Source of the DNA: an uncultured archaeon
GTDB taxonomy: Archaea; Asgardarchaeota; Thorarchaeia; Thorarchaeales; Thorarchaeaceae
Direction: 5' to 3'
DNA: 64,000 bases
NCBI GenBank assembly: GCA_964473825.1
Contig: CAYYQL010000002.1
Coordinates: 160,001-224,000, forward strand
The translations under genes and the position numbers were made by a program. Below the pieces are notes generated by a model. The model was not told the DNA's origin. It worked only from the letters and a program-made list of their open reading frames with translations, and did not search any database. Of the stretch, positions 39,642-49,881 are shown one piece after another (position 1 is the first letter of the stretch; every line of letters begins with the position of its first letter).

Positions 39642-40056
39642 TATTCACAAGGACATAGCATTGGAAGCTAGATAAGTGTGAGTATGTGAATCGCGCATAT
39701 CGGGATAATGGCAATATATCCTCCAAGTATCCATATCAAGCTTGTCAGCCCCTTGCATTAATGAATTAGATACTAAGAACCCTCTGACACAACATAACGA
39801 GATTATTAGGCCTTTAAATCCAAATTAAGAGGTTTCTTCCATGCTCTCCGATATTCACAGCAATTATAATGCTGTGAATAACCATAGGCGTTATAAGAAT
39901 TCTCCTACCGAATCTCCACTGGAAACGAAGGGGTGTCGCTATTCACAATAGCTAGCGCACTTATGGGCTCCGTTTGCCTCTTAGATGACAATATGACTAG
40001 TCTTTGTCATAGAACATTCACAAATATGGCGCCATTCACAAATTCGTATTGTGAAC
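39642..40056. repeat. Cluster of ATTCACA boxes upstream of the wHTH gene
   Basis: ATTCACA/TGTGAAT at 39643, 39685, 39853, 39873, 39941, 40016, 40034, plus variants; includes the inverted repeat TATTCACAGCA-N7-TGCTGTGAATA. Confidence 0.8.
39914..39934 (+). promoter_or_regulatory. Solitary ORB element
   Basis: CTCCACTGGAAACGAAGGGGT, 19/21 identical to the ORB at 35820. Confidence 0.75.
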
Positions 40057-40096
40057 AAGTTTCTTCGTGAGGATCTCAGTGATGATGATACGATTC

Positions 40097-41104
40097 TTAT
40101 GTCGCATATTCAAGTGGAATCATGTAGTCCGTGCTTCTTTCTCCAAGAACAAACTGACTGTACTCCTTACCACTATCTAGCTCGCTAACCAGTTCAACTG
40201 CTCCACTCACTTCAACAGTGCTACTCACACTAGCTTGTTCTGCAAATCTTCCTCGAAAACTCACAATTCTCTCAACTGCTGAACACGAATCGCAGTCAAC
40301 AAGATACATAGAGGGTGTGAATATAGAATCAGAGTTGTCTGTTATTCTGCAGATTTCACTTCGCAGTCCCAACTGCCTATAGATCCTGTCTTCATACTCA
40401 TAATCTAACTCCGATGGAAGTTTGACCAGCTTGATGTAGAACTCCCTATCTCTGAAGATCCCCTGCAGGTGCTTCTTCTCCTCGATTCTTCCTGAAACTG
40501 CTGAATTAGAACCTATTCCTCCCCAACGGAAATTCACATGTTCACACAGACGTCCTCCGCTGTATCTTTCAACGATTCCATCTCTGAAAAGGCCATCCAT
40601 TGTTGAATACACCTTTCTTGCAGCTTCAGAACCATAGACAACTATGTCGATATCTGACGAATCGATACTAAGACTCAGCAGTTGAGATCCCGTGATACCT
40701 ACCTCTTCCAACTCTATATCCGCCGATTCGACTATTCTGCTCACAAGTGCTAGCGAATCCGACTCCAAAGCAGTCATATGATGTCCAAGGTCCCTTAATT
40801 CTCCAAGTGCGTCGGTAGCTTCTAGTATGCAGGCGATATCTTTCCGATCTACAGCCTGTAATCTGCGTCCGTGGTTTTCATCATACCGTAGATACCTGGG
40901 AAATCTCTTCTCTAGATATTTCTCTCGTTCCCTTAGATCGTATATCTTCCGGTACCTCTTCCCAGAACGAGTCATTCGGTCTCCTCTTTCTGACGGTACA
41001 TATCTTAGATATGCAATCACTCTGTCTTTCGGATGCACTATCCCTTTTACCTCAAAAATGAGGTCCTCCCTTGTAACAAGAAAAGATCCCTCAACTAGTA
41101 GCAT
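40097..41104 (-). CDS. Predicted archaeal nucleotidyltransferase (COG1665-like)
   Basis: FEVKG..HP..AYLRYVP, GITGS..SDIDIVVYG pol-beta motif. Confidence 0.8.
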   Translation of the reverse strand: MLLVEGSFLVTREDLIFEVKGIVHPKDRVIAYLRYVPSERGDRMTRSGKRYRKIYDLREREKYLEKRFPRYLRYDENHGRRLQAVDRKDIACILEATDALGELRDLGHHMTALESDSLALVSRIVESADIELEEVGITGSQLLSLSIDSSDIDIVVYGSEAARKVYSTMDGLFRDGIVERYSGGRLCEHVNFRWGGIGSNSAVSGRIEEKKHLQGIFRDREFYIKLVKLPSELDYEYEDRIYRQLGLRSEICRITDNSDSIFTPSMYLVDCDSCSAVERIVSFRGRFAEQASVSSTVEVSGAVELVSELDSGKEYSQFVLGERSTDYMIPLEYAT

Positions 41105-41157
41105 AGTATCGCTGTCATCGATTCAGATTAAAAGGACTATGTCGTTTGTTCCAAACA

Positions 41158-42369
41158 ATGAACCCAAAATTGAATGTTCGCTCTGATTTCCCAATTCTCA
41201 TGAAATACCCCGATCTAGTATATCTCGACTCGACCAGTACGTCTTTAGTCCCCCAAGTGACTATCGAAGCAACAGAGAGATTCATGAAACACACACTTGT
41301 ATCTTCTAGGCGTGGTGCCTATGGACTGGCAGTCGATGGTAGTAGAATGGTGGACGATACTCGGAGATCACTTGCACAAATCCTAAATACCAATGACTCT
41401 CAACTCTCTTTTCAGAAATCTATCGCATCGGCTTGTGCGTCATTTGCATACGGGTACGACTGGGAATCCTCGGGAAAGAACAAGGTCGTTGTTGCACAAA
41501 GCGAGGAACATAACATCTTCGTATCACTTCTGCGTGTTTGTCAAATACTAGACCTTGAGTTCGAAATGATACCTGTTGATAGCAGCGATGTCCTGAATCT
41601 TGATGAGCTGACGAATGCGATAGACGATAGAACCGGCATTGTAGCCATCAGTCATGTCACTACGGGTCTTGGAATCGTTAATCCTCTTCATGAAGCATCA
41701 GAGATTGCTAGAGAACACAATGCTCTTCTCCTGACAGATGCCTCTCGCTCCATCGGATTCACGGAATTCGACATAACAACCATCCCTGCAGATATCATCT
41801 TGTTCTCGGCGAATATCGGTCTACTTGCTCCTCCTGGTCTTGCACTTCAATGGCATGCCATCAATATCCTGGACGATTTCTTGCCCGGCATACTGGGTGG
41901 CTCGGCAGTCACAGAAGTCGGAAGAGAATCATTCCAGATATCTAGAATACCCTACAGATTCGAATCTGATACTCTGAATCTTCCTGCAATTGCAGGTCTC
42001 GGTTCTTCCATTCAATACTTGGAGAGAATAGGCGTTGACAATGTTGTCGAATCTAATCGAAGGCTCTCAACCAGAGTTTCAAGAGAGCTAACCGAAAAAG
42101 AGAATATCACTCTATATGGAGAAAATCATGATCAGAGAACAATCTTTGGCTTCAACATCTTTGACGGTGACGAGCTCAACTGTCATGATGCAGCTCTCCT
42201 TCTTGATCAGGCCGGTATTGCCGTAAGGACTGGATTTCTCTGTGCTCATCCATCAATTCAAACAATTGCATCAAATGGTTTGATACAGATTTCCACTCAT
42301 TTCTACAATACGATTGAAGACATCGATTATGTCGGAGAAACACTCTCTTCAATCAGCAGAATGCTTTGA
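41158..42369 (+). CDS. SufS-like cysteine desulfurase homologue (class V aminotransferase), PLP lysine apparently absent
   Basis: VRSDFPIL..YLDS, RFESDT, GIAVRTGFLCAHP; the SxHK motif reads SANI. Confidence 0.8.
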   Translation: MNPKLNVRSDFPILMKYPDLVYLDSTSTSLVPQVTIEATERFMKHTLVSSRRGAYGLAVDGSRMVDDTRRSLAQILNTNDSQLSFQKSIASACASFAYGYDWESSGKNKVVVAQSEEHNIFVSLLRVCQILDLEFEMIPVDSSDVLNLDELTNAIDDRTGIVAISHVTTGLGIVNPLHEASEIAREHNALLLTDASRSIGFTEFDITTIPADIILFSANIGLLAPPGLALQWHAINILDDFLPGILGGSAVTEVGRESFQISRIPYRFESDTLNLPAIAGLGSSIQYLERIGVDNVVESNRRLSTRVSRELTEKENITLYGENHDQRTIFGFNIFDGDELNCHDAALLLDQAGIAVRTGFLCAHPSIQTIASNGLIQISTHFYNTIEDIDYVGETLSSISRML

Positions 42370-42372
42370 CCA

Positions 42373-42669
42373 TCAAAAAGTGAACGTTGGGGGATACATC
42401 ACAAAGTACTGTACCACCAATGACAACAGGATTCCACTCAAGACCAGCCCCTTTCCCTTTTTACCGTTGATATCAGTAAACCAGAGTATTGCCCCGACAA
42501 GCACCACTATGAACCCTGATACCCTGCCGATAAAAATTAGAAAGTCCCATATCTCTCCAAAATAACCTGCAATGAGAGCTGCAAAGTCCGACAGTACACT
42601 TGCCACCCAAAATGACCGAATCATCATCATTCGATGATAAGTAAAGACAATCTGATTTAAGCCCCTCAC
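42373..42669 (-). CDS. Small membrane protein
   Basis: Hydrophobic ORF overlapping the glmS stop; start uncertain. Confidence 0.6.
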   Translation of the reverse strand: MRGLNQIVFTYHRMMMIRSFWVASVLSDFAALIAGYFGEIWDFLIFIGRVSGFIVVLVGAILWFTDINGKKGKGLVLSGILLSLVVQYFVMYPPTFTF

Positions 42670-44489
42670 AAGACAGTAACAGATTTCGCAAGATTTCTCG
42701 GTCGATCCGGGTCATAACCCTTCTTTCTGGCCATGTAATAGCTGAATATCTGAAGGGGCACAACATATGGCATCACAGAGAATTGTGATGGTACCCCCGG
42801 AGGAATCTCGAACACATAATCCGCCAGTCCTGCAATCTCAGTGTCGCCTTTTTCGATAACCGCGATAATCTCTGCTCCCCTAGCCTTCATCTCCATGATA
42901 TTCCCAATCAATCTACTTCTAGTATCATCTTTTGGAGCAACAAAAACCACAGGAAATCCCTTTTCTACCAGTGCAATGGGTCCATGTTTTGATTCTCCTG
43001 CAGAATAGCCTTCTGCATGATTGTATGCTATCTCTTTCAGCTTCAATGCTCCTTCGAATGCAGTCGCTATGGAGATCCCTCGACCTAGGAACAGGAAACT
43101 AGGCTTCTGGTAGTATATGCCTGCGAGTCTCCTTGCCATTTCTTCGTTCCGAGTTATTACCTCCGACACAGTGTTCGGAAGTTCCTTCAAAAATTCTTCT
43201 AGCCTCTTTAGCGAGTCCTTATTCATCACCTGTCTAATTCTTGCAGTAGATAGAGAGATTTGAGCAAGCGCAGTCAACTGCACCATGAAAGTCTTGGTTG
43301 CTGCCACTCCTATTTCAGGTCCGGCTTGGGTTAGCACAGTATGATCTGCAATCCGAGTAATCGAACTACCTAAGACATTCGTTACTGCAACAACTCGTGC
43401 CCCATTGGACTTCGCATACTTCACGGCCGAAATGGTATCTGTGGTTTCACCTGACTGTGTTATTGCTATCACACAAGTATTATCAGATATCGATTCATAT
43501 ACCGTATCTTCAAAGTCGCTTGCAATCTCAAATGTAGACAAGACACCAGAAATTGACGCTAACATATGACGCCCCGCCATTGCAGCATGTCCCGATGTTC
43601 CCATGGCAAGCAGAAAGATGTGTTTGGCGTTTGCTATAATCTGGGCTGCCCCGTCAATCATTTCCCTTCCAATGTGCAGTGTACTTCTTATTGCATCAGG
43701 TTGTTCGTGAATCTCCTTGAGCATAAAATGAGGATATCCACCTTTCTGTGCCTGATCAGCAGTCCAACTTATCTCAATCGTATCTCGTTCAACAGTTTCT
43801 CCAGACTCCAACTCTCGTATCTCAACACCATCTGTTTCGAGTACGGCGATTTCACCATCTAGTAGTAGAATCATGTCTTTAGTCATGGGGAGGAACGCAG
43901 GAATGTCTGAAGACACATACGAGGCCCCTTCCTTTCGACCTATAACCAGAGGGTTCCCATTTCTTGTACATACTATCTTGTTGGGTTCCTTGACATGCAT
44001 CGCCACAATAGCATAAGTCCCCTCAATTCGCTTTGTAACTTCAACGAGTGCCTGTTCCAAGCCTATCCCCTGTCTTATGGCATCTTCAATCAGATGAGGT
44101 ATCACCTCGGTATCGGTTTCAGATTCAAATGAATGCCCCTTATCCCTCAGATGCTGCCTTAATTCTAGGAAGTTGTCTATGACTCCATTGTGTACAACTG
44201 CTATGTTCCCACTGCAATCGAAGTGTGGATGTGCATTAAATAAAGAAGGAATACCATGTGTGGCCCACCTAGTATGACCAATGCCGATTTCTCCAGGCAG
44301 ATTATCCAGATCAAGACGCTTGTGAACCTCGTCAATTTTGCCCTCATCCTTCTTCGTGTGCAGTTCTCCATCCGCAATAGTGGTTATGCCCACCGAATCA
44401 TAACCCCGATACTCGAGACGTTTCAGAGCTTGATGTAGAAAGGGAGCTACTTGACCGCGTTTTTGCACTACACCAATTATGCCACACAC
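42666..44489 (-). CDS. glmS: Glutamine-fructose-6-phosphate transaminase
   Basis: MCGI, LEYRGYDS, GHTRWATHG, QSGET, LKLKEI, PRNLAKSVTV. Confidence 0.98.
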   Translation of the reverse strand: MCGIIGVVQKRGQVAPFLHQALKRLEYRGYDSVGITTIADGELHTKKDEGKIDEVHKRLDLDNLPGEIGIGHTRWATHGIPSLFNAHPHFDCSGNIAVVHNGVIDNFLELRQHLRDKGHSFESETDTEVIPHLIEDAIRQGIGLEQALVEVTKRIEGTYAIVAMHVKEPNKIVCTRNGNPLVIGRKEGASYVSSDIPAFLPMTKDMILLLDGEIAVLETDGVEIRELESGETVERDTIEISWTADQAQKGGYPHFMLKEIHEQPDAIRSTLHIGREMIDGAAQIIANAKHIFLLAMGTSGHAAMAGRHMLASISGVLSTFEIASDFEDTVYESISDNTCVIAITQSGETTDTISAVKYAKSNGARVVAVTNVLGSSITRIADHTVLTQAGPEIGVAATKTFMVQLTALAQISLSTARIRQVMNKDSLKRLEEFLKELPNTVSEVITRNEEMARRLAGIYYQKPSFLFLGRGISIATAFEGALKLKEIAYNHAEGYSAGESKHGPIALVEKGFPVVFVAPKDDTRSRLIGNIMEMKARGAEIIAVIEKGDTEIAGLADYVFEIPPGVPSQFSVMPYVVPLQIFSYYMARKKGYDPDRPRNLAKSVTVL

Positions 44490-44585
44490 TATCGAGCACC
44501 TCAGATTAACCGGACCTATTCACCATCTAATATACTCCAAGGCCCGAGTACAAAAGGAGTTTGCGATTAGTACTCTGTCCGTTTT

Positions 44586-44897
44586 CTAACCGGTAAGCTC
44601 GATTTCGATATATACCGAATCAGGAATTCTCACACGCATTATCTGGCGGATGGCCCTTTCGTCTGCGTCTATGTCTATCAGTCTCTTATGAATACGCATT
44701 TCCCACTTATCCCAAGACTGAGAGCCCTGTCCACAAGGAGTCTTTCTTGTTGGAACAACCATTCTACGAGTAGGTAATGGGATAGGACCTGCCATCCTAA
44801 CACCAGTCTTTCGAGTAATCCGTTTAATCTGATTACATACTCCGTCAAGATGCTCAGTGCTTGTACTCGACAGTCTGATTCTCGCCTTCTGAGTCAT
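44586..44897 (-). CDS. rps10: 30S ribosomal protein uS10
   Basis: [26 protein letters not shown]. Confidence 0.97.
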   Translation of the reverse strand: MTQKARIRLSSTSTEHLDGVCNQIKRITRKTGVRMAGPIPLPTRRMVVPTRKTPCGQGSQSWDKWEMRIHKRLIDIDADERAIRQIMRVRIPDSVYIEIELTG

Positions 44898-45030
44898 ATG
44901 GTGTTTCTACTCCTTCGAATGGGTATCCACGGGGGTCAGAAGTGGTTTGGATAAAAAGGTTGTCTTATGTGTGAATGGAAGTAACTAAGGACAACAACTT
45001 CCATATAGGACGGGCCTTTCTATAGCGAAA

Positions 45031-45834
45031 GTGCCACTATTGAAAAACATCTCCATAGTCAAACTGGGTGGCTCGGCCATTACGTTCAAGAATCTTACAC
45101 CTCCGAAAACTAATGCTTCCTTACTCGAACGTGTGGCCAGAGAGCTTGCTTCATACAAAGGTACGTTAGTGATCGTTCTTGGTGGCGGCGCACATGGTCA
45201 TCAAGCGGCACACAGATTCGGGTATGGAAGCCCAGATGCATCAACCACAGACATTCTATCAGGCATTTCTCATATCAGACACAACATGTCTGTTCTTTCT
45301 CAAGAAGTGGAAACTCACATCAACAAATACGGTCTAAATGCAGTTGTACACCCGCCGTTTTGCAGCGTCTTGTTACGAAACGGAAGAATCAAAGAATATC
45401 CGCTCTATCATTATACGAAATCTATGGAGTCCGGCCTCACTGTTCTAACTCATGGCGACGTCTGTTTCGATATGCAAGAGGGTGCTTCTATCCTTAGTGG
45501 GGACACGATAGTGACTCATTTGACAAGAAACCTGAAACCCAAGAGCGTACTTATCGGAACGGACGTCGATGGAGTGTACAAAGGAGATCCCAAGACCAAT
45601 CCAGATGCACTCTTTGTTCCGGAGCTCGACAGCTCGAATTTAGATGAAATTGTTCGGTTTGCTGGCCCATCAGGAAGTACTGATGTCACTGGTGGTATGA
45701 AGAGAAAACTAGAAGGGCTGGTTGATGTTGCGAAGTACACTGAGAAGATTGCAATATTTAATTTGACAATATCGGGCCGTCTTCAGGCTCTACTTCAACA
45801 CAAACAGACACGATGCACCACAGTTATCGAATGA
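45031..45834 (+). CDS. ipk: Isopentenyl phosphate kinase
   Basis: KLGGSAITFK, GGGAHGH, HGDV, SGD, DVTGGM. Confidence 0.9.
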   Translation: MPLLKNISIVKLGGSAITFKNLTPPKTNASLLERVARELASYKGTLVIVLGGGAHGHQAAHRFGYGSPDASTTDILSGISHIRHNMSVLSQEVETHINKYGLNAVVHPPFCSVLLRNGRIKEYPLYHYTKSMESGLTVLTHGDVCFDMQEGASILSGDTIVTHLTRNLKPKSVLIGTDVDGVYKGDPKTNPDALFVPELDSSNLDEIVRFAGPSGSTDVTGGMKRKLEGLVDVAKYTEKIAIFNLTISGRLQALLQHKQTRCTTVIE

Positions 45835-45836
45835 AA

Positions 45837-48800
45837 CTAGTTTCGAATCGTGTTCAAACTCTTATCCAGTGTGACCAATTCCAAGTTCTTAGGATTGACA
45901 ATGCTCTCATCCATGTACTCTGCAGCCGAGAGAATACATACTATCTTCGTGGATTTGCATTTCCTACACGCAATGTCACCATGCATTCGTTGAAGGGTTG
46001 TCAACTGCTGCTGAGTTGGAAACAATACATAGGACGTATCTCCAGAACAAAGGTCATAAAACTCATGACCAACATGTATAGGATTAGACTTCGCTAGATG
46101 ATTTCTCAGAAACTCCAACGTTTCTTTTCGGAATCTCTCAAGTACCCGAGTATTGACAATCCAAAGCCCTTCTTCCATCTCAATCCATGTATCATTGGTT
46201 TCATTTCTTATTGCAGTCAGCATCTCATCAGCAAGTAATTCTGTCAAGGCCTGTTTTCCAATTTCTTTGCGAAGGGGAACCGACCTAGATTGAGAGCTTT
46301 GGAGAGAGGTAGTTTCAATGAAGTTGATAATATCATCCCACGAAACTAGACCACTCTTAAGTTCAACAAAGTCTTGCAGCAGTCCCAACCATATTCGTTT
46401 TTGCACACGATCTGTGGATCTTCGATGCAAACCATCGTACTTCTCTGCTGCACCTTTCTCAAAAACAGATTCCGATTTCTCTACGACGTCAAGATTCTCT
46501 CCTAATTCGGCAGGATTTCCTATTGGGCGTTCCAGAGTTTCTAGGAGTCCATCAAGAGAGCTTGGAAAGGCTGAAACGACACTGACATTCTCAAATCCAT
46601 TAATATCACTTATGAATTCTCTCAGTCTTGCCGCAGCAAGACTGCCCCTTACGACCACATGCATTGTCTGTACATTGTTGCCAAGACTAGTCATCTGCTG
46701 ACGGATAGTTTGCAGTATGCTATCAATAGACGACGACTTGAGATGCTGTGCAAAAATCAACACTGCTGTTTCATCCAACAGAATCCTGCACCCGGCTAGA
46801 CCAACATCTTCGACACTTAGGTTACTACTGGAATCCACTCTACTAATGATGTAGTCTTTAATCACCCTCTTAATCGACTCTAATCCTTTTCCCGGCAATG
46901 CAAAGATAAAACCACCGGGCATTAATGATATCGACTCTCGCTCTATTATGGACCTAGAGATTAGTGTTTGAACTAGACTTTCGGCTTCATCCTCGGTGAA
47001 ATCGGGTTTGACTTTGGCAATTAGCCTAGTCAAATCCTCCAGTATCACGGTTTTCTCTGACGCAAGGAAAGCCACGATATGACTAGTCACTTCTGAGATG
47101 CTTGACTCTAAGGTTTCTTCCTTTGACGGGAAATCTTCAGACTCGTTTATGCTTTCGTCTACAGCAATCACCTTAGAGTCAAAGATCCTGTCTTCATTAT
47201 CGAAAGATGTTGATGGCTGCAAAGTTGCTATTTCAAAGGTGCGACACTTGGGGATAGATATTAGAGCTCTACCCACTTCGAGACCGCGGAGATATTTTTC
47301 CTGTTCTTCATCAAGAGAAAGAAACCTAGCTCCTACTTCGCTGTCATAGGGCAGACGGAAAACCACTTTTGTTGCAGTATTGGCAAGAATGTTTGATGAA
47401 ATCGTCGGCCTCGTTGAAACAACAACTACACCTTGCCCCGTTGCTCTCTGAAGCAATACCATTGATTCCCCGGTTGTAACATCGGCAGCCGTATTCCTTG
47501 TGTAGCTCTCAGGTACAAGATTACTCGCTTCTTCCAAGACAACTACATGTTCTAGGTCCGAACTAAGCCCACGTTTCATTGCATTTTCAAAAATGCGTTT
47601 AGCTACCAGATTGTACAGTAATCTCGCTGCATCCATACCACCCACCCTTGCAACATACCTTAGGTCAAATATCACCCTGCTCTTCAGCAAATCCGAAATC
47701 CGAATCTTCTTTCCTTTATTGCCAAATACAGACTTCAGTGGCTCTCTCGTAAGGATTTCTAATCTATTGAGTAGCGCATCTCTAGTCATCTGACCCGAAC
47801 GATCGTTTCCGGCCAACTCCTCAATCTTCTCTACAAGGATGGAAACAGAATCCAGCTCACTCTTTATGCTCACTGTTTCAATGACTGCATCCCTGAGAAG
47901 CTTTTCCATCGCTGGAGACAAATCAGATGAGGTTCCTCTTTCTCTTAGAAGCTCACGCAGAATCACAAAGGTTGTATGAGCAGTTTCCTTCGAATCTGTT
48001 TCACTATCGATTAGCTCAATCACGAAGTTGGGATCAAGGCCAGGTCGCAACATCAATACCGGGGTATTCCCACAATTCGTAAGATCACTATATTCAGAGC
48101 CTTTTACATCAAATATCCACCAAGGCATTTCTGTCTTCTGACTCAATTGGGCTATCAACTGCCTCACAAGAGTTGTCTTGCCGGTTCCGGTTGCTCCTAG
48201 AACCGCCATGTGTTCCACCAACCAGTTCCTTCTGAGACCCACCGGGCTGAGGTTTCTTTCCTCATAGATGGCCCAGCCAAGCTTCAATTCATGATCTATC
48301 TTCTCTCGTGAAGGAATCTCAAATACGGGTGTATATGACTTAGAAATGACAGGCAATCTTTGAACAGGGAGATTGACGTAAGCAACTAAGTCATTTGTAT
48401 GTATGCGCTGTTTCTTGATGTGCCCTCTAGTTATCATTCGATAGAGTGTAGGGCGATCAATCTTGTGGCTCCCCATCTCAAAGCTTTCATCATTCCCCCA
48501 CAGCGATGCAACTATTCCATCCAAGCTATTCATTGTCGAACGAGATTCATCATCGGTCTCATATTGCACTTGAATGTAGACGGTGGAATCATACCAGCCT
48601 CCGTCACTCTGTATGTTTCTATACTGGCCTAACAGTTCTTGTTTTTCGGCTTGTTCTGCAAGCGAATCATCCTTTCTCTTCTCCTTTGTTCTAATCTTCC
48701 GCCATCTTGACTCCAACTTCTTTCTCTCTCTTCCAGGTCTTGCAGCAGAAAGGGTACAAACCAACAAAGCATTGGCCTTCTGTTTCAGAAGAGTTGACAT

Positions 48801-49550
48801 AAACCTACCAATCTGAGTTGCATTGGATTTTGGTGAACATCTTGGCCTGCCCTTTAATAGAAGAAGCACTTTTCCCACATTAGAAGACCAGCTCGCATCT
48901 CCACTCAAGTTACTCCTTGTTACAGCCTGTTCCAACTCGATGCCCTTTAATTGTCGAAGCTCGATCTTCTGCAACGAGGACATGATGATCGCTTCGCACC
49001 TTGTGGCTTCTCTTTGTAGAATTCTCTTCAGTGCATTCACAGAGTTAGCCGTTGTTGTAACGAACAGTCGAACAATCGGTTGGTTGTTTTCGATACCTGC
49101 CTCAAATGTGACTCTAACTTCGTCTTCCAAACCAGCTCGTATAGCTAATAACATCGATGTATCATATACTGCCTCCCCCTCTTCATCTCTTAGCGCCGAT
49201 ATCGAAGTGGAATCTATCTGAAGACAGCATGTTCCTACATGATGATCTCCCATTGATACAATAACCAAATCATCATCAGTTCCAACGACAACATCCTCTA
49301 AGGCTACTCGTATGGCCGTCCCCATAAGTACGGCCAATACTGGAATCGAACACAGCATCAACTCAACTGCAAGCTTGAAGGGATAACTAGGTGCATTGAC
49401 CATCCCAAGAATAGGAAGAAAGTAAAAGGCAATCGCATATACACTTGTCAATATGGCCCCTGCTGGCCAAACATATCTGACTAGCTTGTCGGCCGTTTGT
49501 CGAAGATGCTGATCTGCTTTCCCACTCGCGAACTCCACTATCCGATTCAC
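45837..49550 (-). CDS. Large membrane-anchored HerA/VirB4/FtsK-family ATPase (DUF87-type)
   Basis: Two N-terminal TM helices, HMAVLGATGTGKT, FDVKGSEY, VVLEEA, ILANTATKVVFRL; long C-terminal extension. Confidence 0.85.
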   Translation of the reverse strand: MNRIVEFASGKADQHLRQTADKLVRYVWPAGAILTSVYAIAFYFLPILGMVNAPSYPFKLAVELMLCSIPVLAVLMGTAIRVALEDVVVGTDDDLVIVSMGDHHVGTCCLQIDSTSISALRDEEGEAVYDTSMLLAIRAGLEDEVRVTFEAGIENNQPIVRLFVTTTANSVNALKRILQREATRCEAIIMSSLQKIELRQLKGIELEQAVTRSNLSGDASWSSNVGKVLLLLKGRPRCSPKSNATQIGRFMSTLLKQKANALLVCTLSAARPGRERKKLESRWRKIRTKEKRKDDSLAEQAEKQELLGQYRNIQSDGGWYDSTVYIQVQYETDDESRSTMNSLDGIVASLWGNDESFEMGSHKIDRPTLYRMITRGHIKKQRIHTNDLVAYVNLPVQRLPVISKSYTPVFEIPSREKIDHELKLGWAIYEERNLSPVGLRRNWLVEHMAVLGATGTGKTTLVRQLIAQLSQKTEMPWWIFDVKGSEYSDLTNCGNTPVLMLRPGLDPNFVIELIDSETDSKETAHTTFVILRELLRERGTSSDLSPAMEKLLRDAVIETVSIKSELDSVSILVEKIEELAGNDRSGQMTRDALLNRLEILTREPLKSVFGNKGKKIRISDLLKSRVIFDLRYVARVGGMDAARLLYNLVAKRIFENAMKRGLSSDLEHVVVLEEASNLVPESYTRNTAADVTTGESMVLLQRATGQGVVVVSTRPTISSNILANTATKVVFRLPYDSEVGARFLSLDEEQEKYLRGLEVGRALISIPKCRTFEIATLQPSTSFDNEDRIFDSKVIAVDESINESEDFPSKEETLESSISEVTSHIVAFLASEKTVILEDLTRLIAKVKPDFTEDEAESLVQTLISRSIIERESISLMPGGFIFALPGKGLESIKRVIKDYIISRVDSSSNLSVEDVGLAGCRILLDETAVLIFAQHLKSSSIDSILQTIRQQMTSLGNNVQTMHVVVRGSLAAARLREFISDINGFENVSVVSAFPSSLDGLLETLERPIGNPAELGENLDVVEKSESVFEKGAAEKYDGLHRRSTDRVQKRIWLGLLQDFVELKSGLVSWDDIINFIETTSLQSSQSRSVPLRKEIGKQALTELLADEMLTAIRNETNDTWIEMEEGLWIVNTRVLERFRKETLEFLRNHLAKSNPIHVGHEFYDLCSGDTSYVLFPTQQQLTTLQRMHGDIACRKCKSTKIVCILSAAEYMDESIVNPKNLELVTLDKSLNTIRN

Positions 49551-49881
49551 ATCCTTCTTAATTCAAGCCTATAGAAGCATACTCTCAACTCAGAGACTGA
49601 TTCAGTACGATTCAATATGAACACCCCCGAGAATTCCAGGAACCGGTTCATTGGAACTTCAGATTGCCAACCAACAGCAACCATCTGGAATGGAGAGACA
49701 CAGACCGCGCCTCTATTGAAGAGAAATTACCATATTATCCCAGAGGAACGAAAAGAGGGGGTTAAATTCTCTGCTCGTGAGAGATTTGTGAGAAAGCCGG
49801 CCAGTTCCCAGAAACAAGTCGGGATCATTTCCAGTTTCTGAAGGGGCACTCTATAGTCTGCTTACTCAAGACCAGCTGCAG

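Noticed and set aside
39852-39881. DnaA-box match as evidence of a bacterial-type origin
   Set aside because: Only one copy fits TTATNCACA fully and no dnaA is present; treated as a local wHTH-associated motif
49620-49850. ORB-like strings (CCCAGAGGAACGAAAAGAGGGGG) and a similar TCCAGAGGAA near 4340
   Set aside because: Too degenerate relative to the three clear ORBs and no AT-rich spacer
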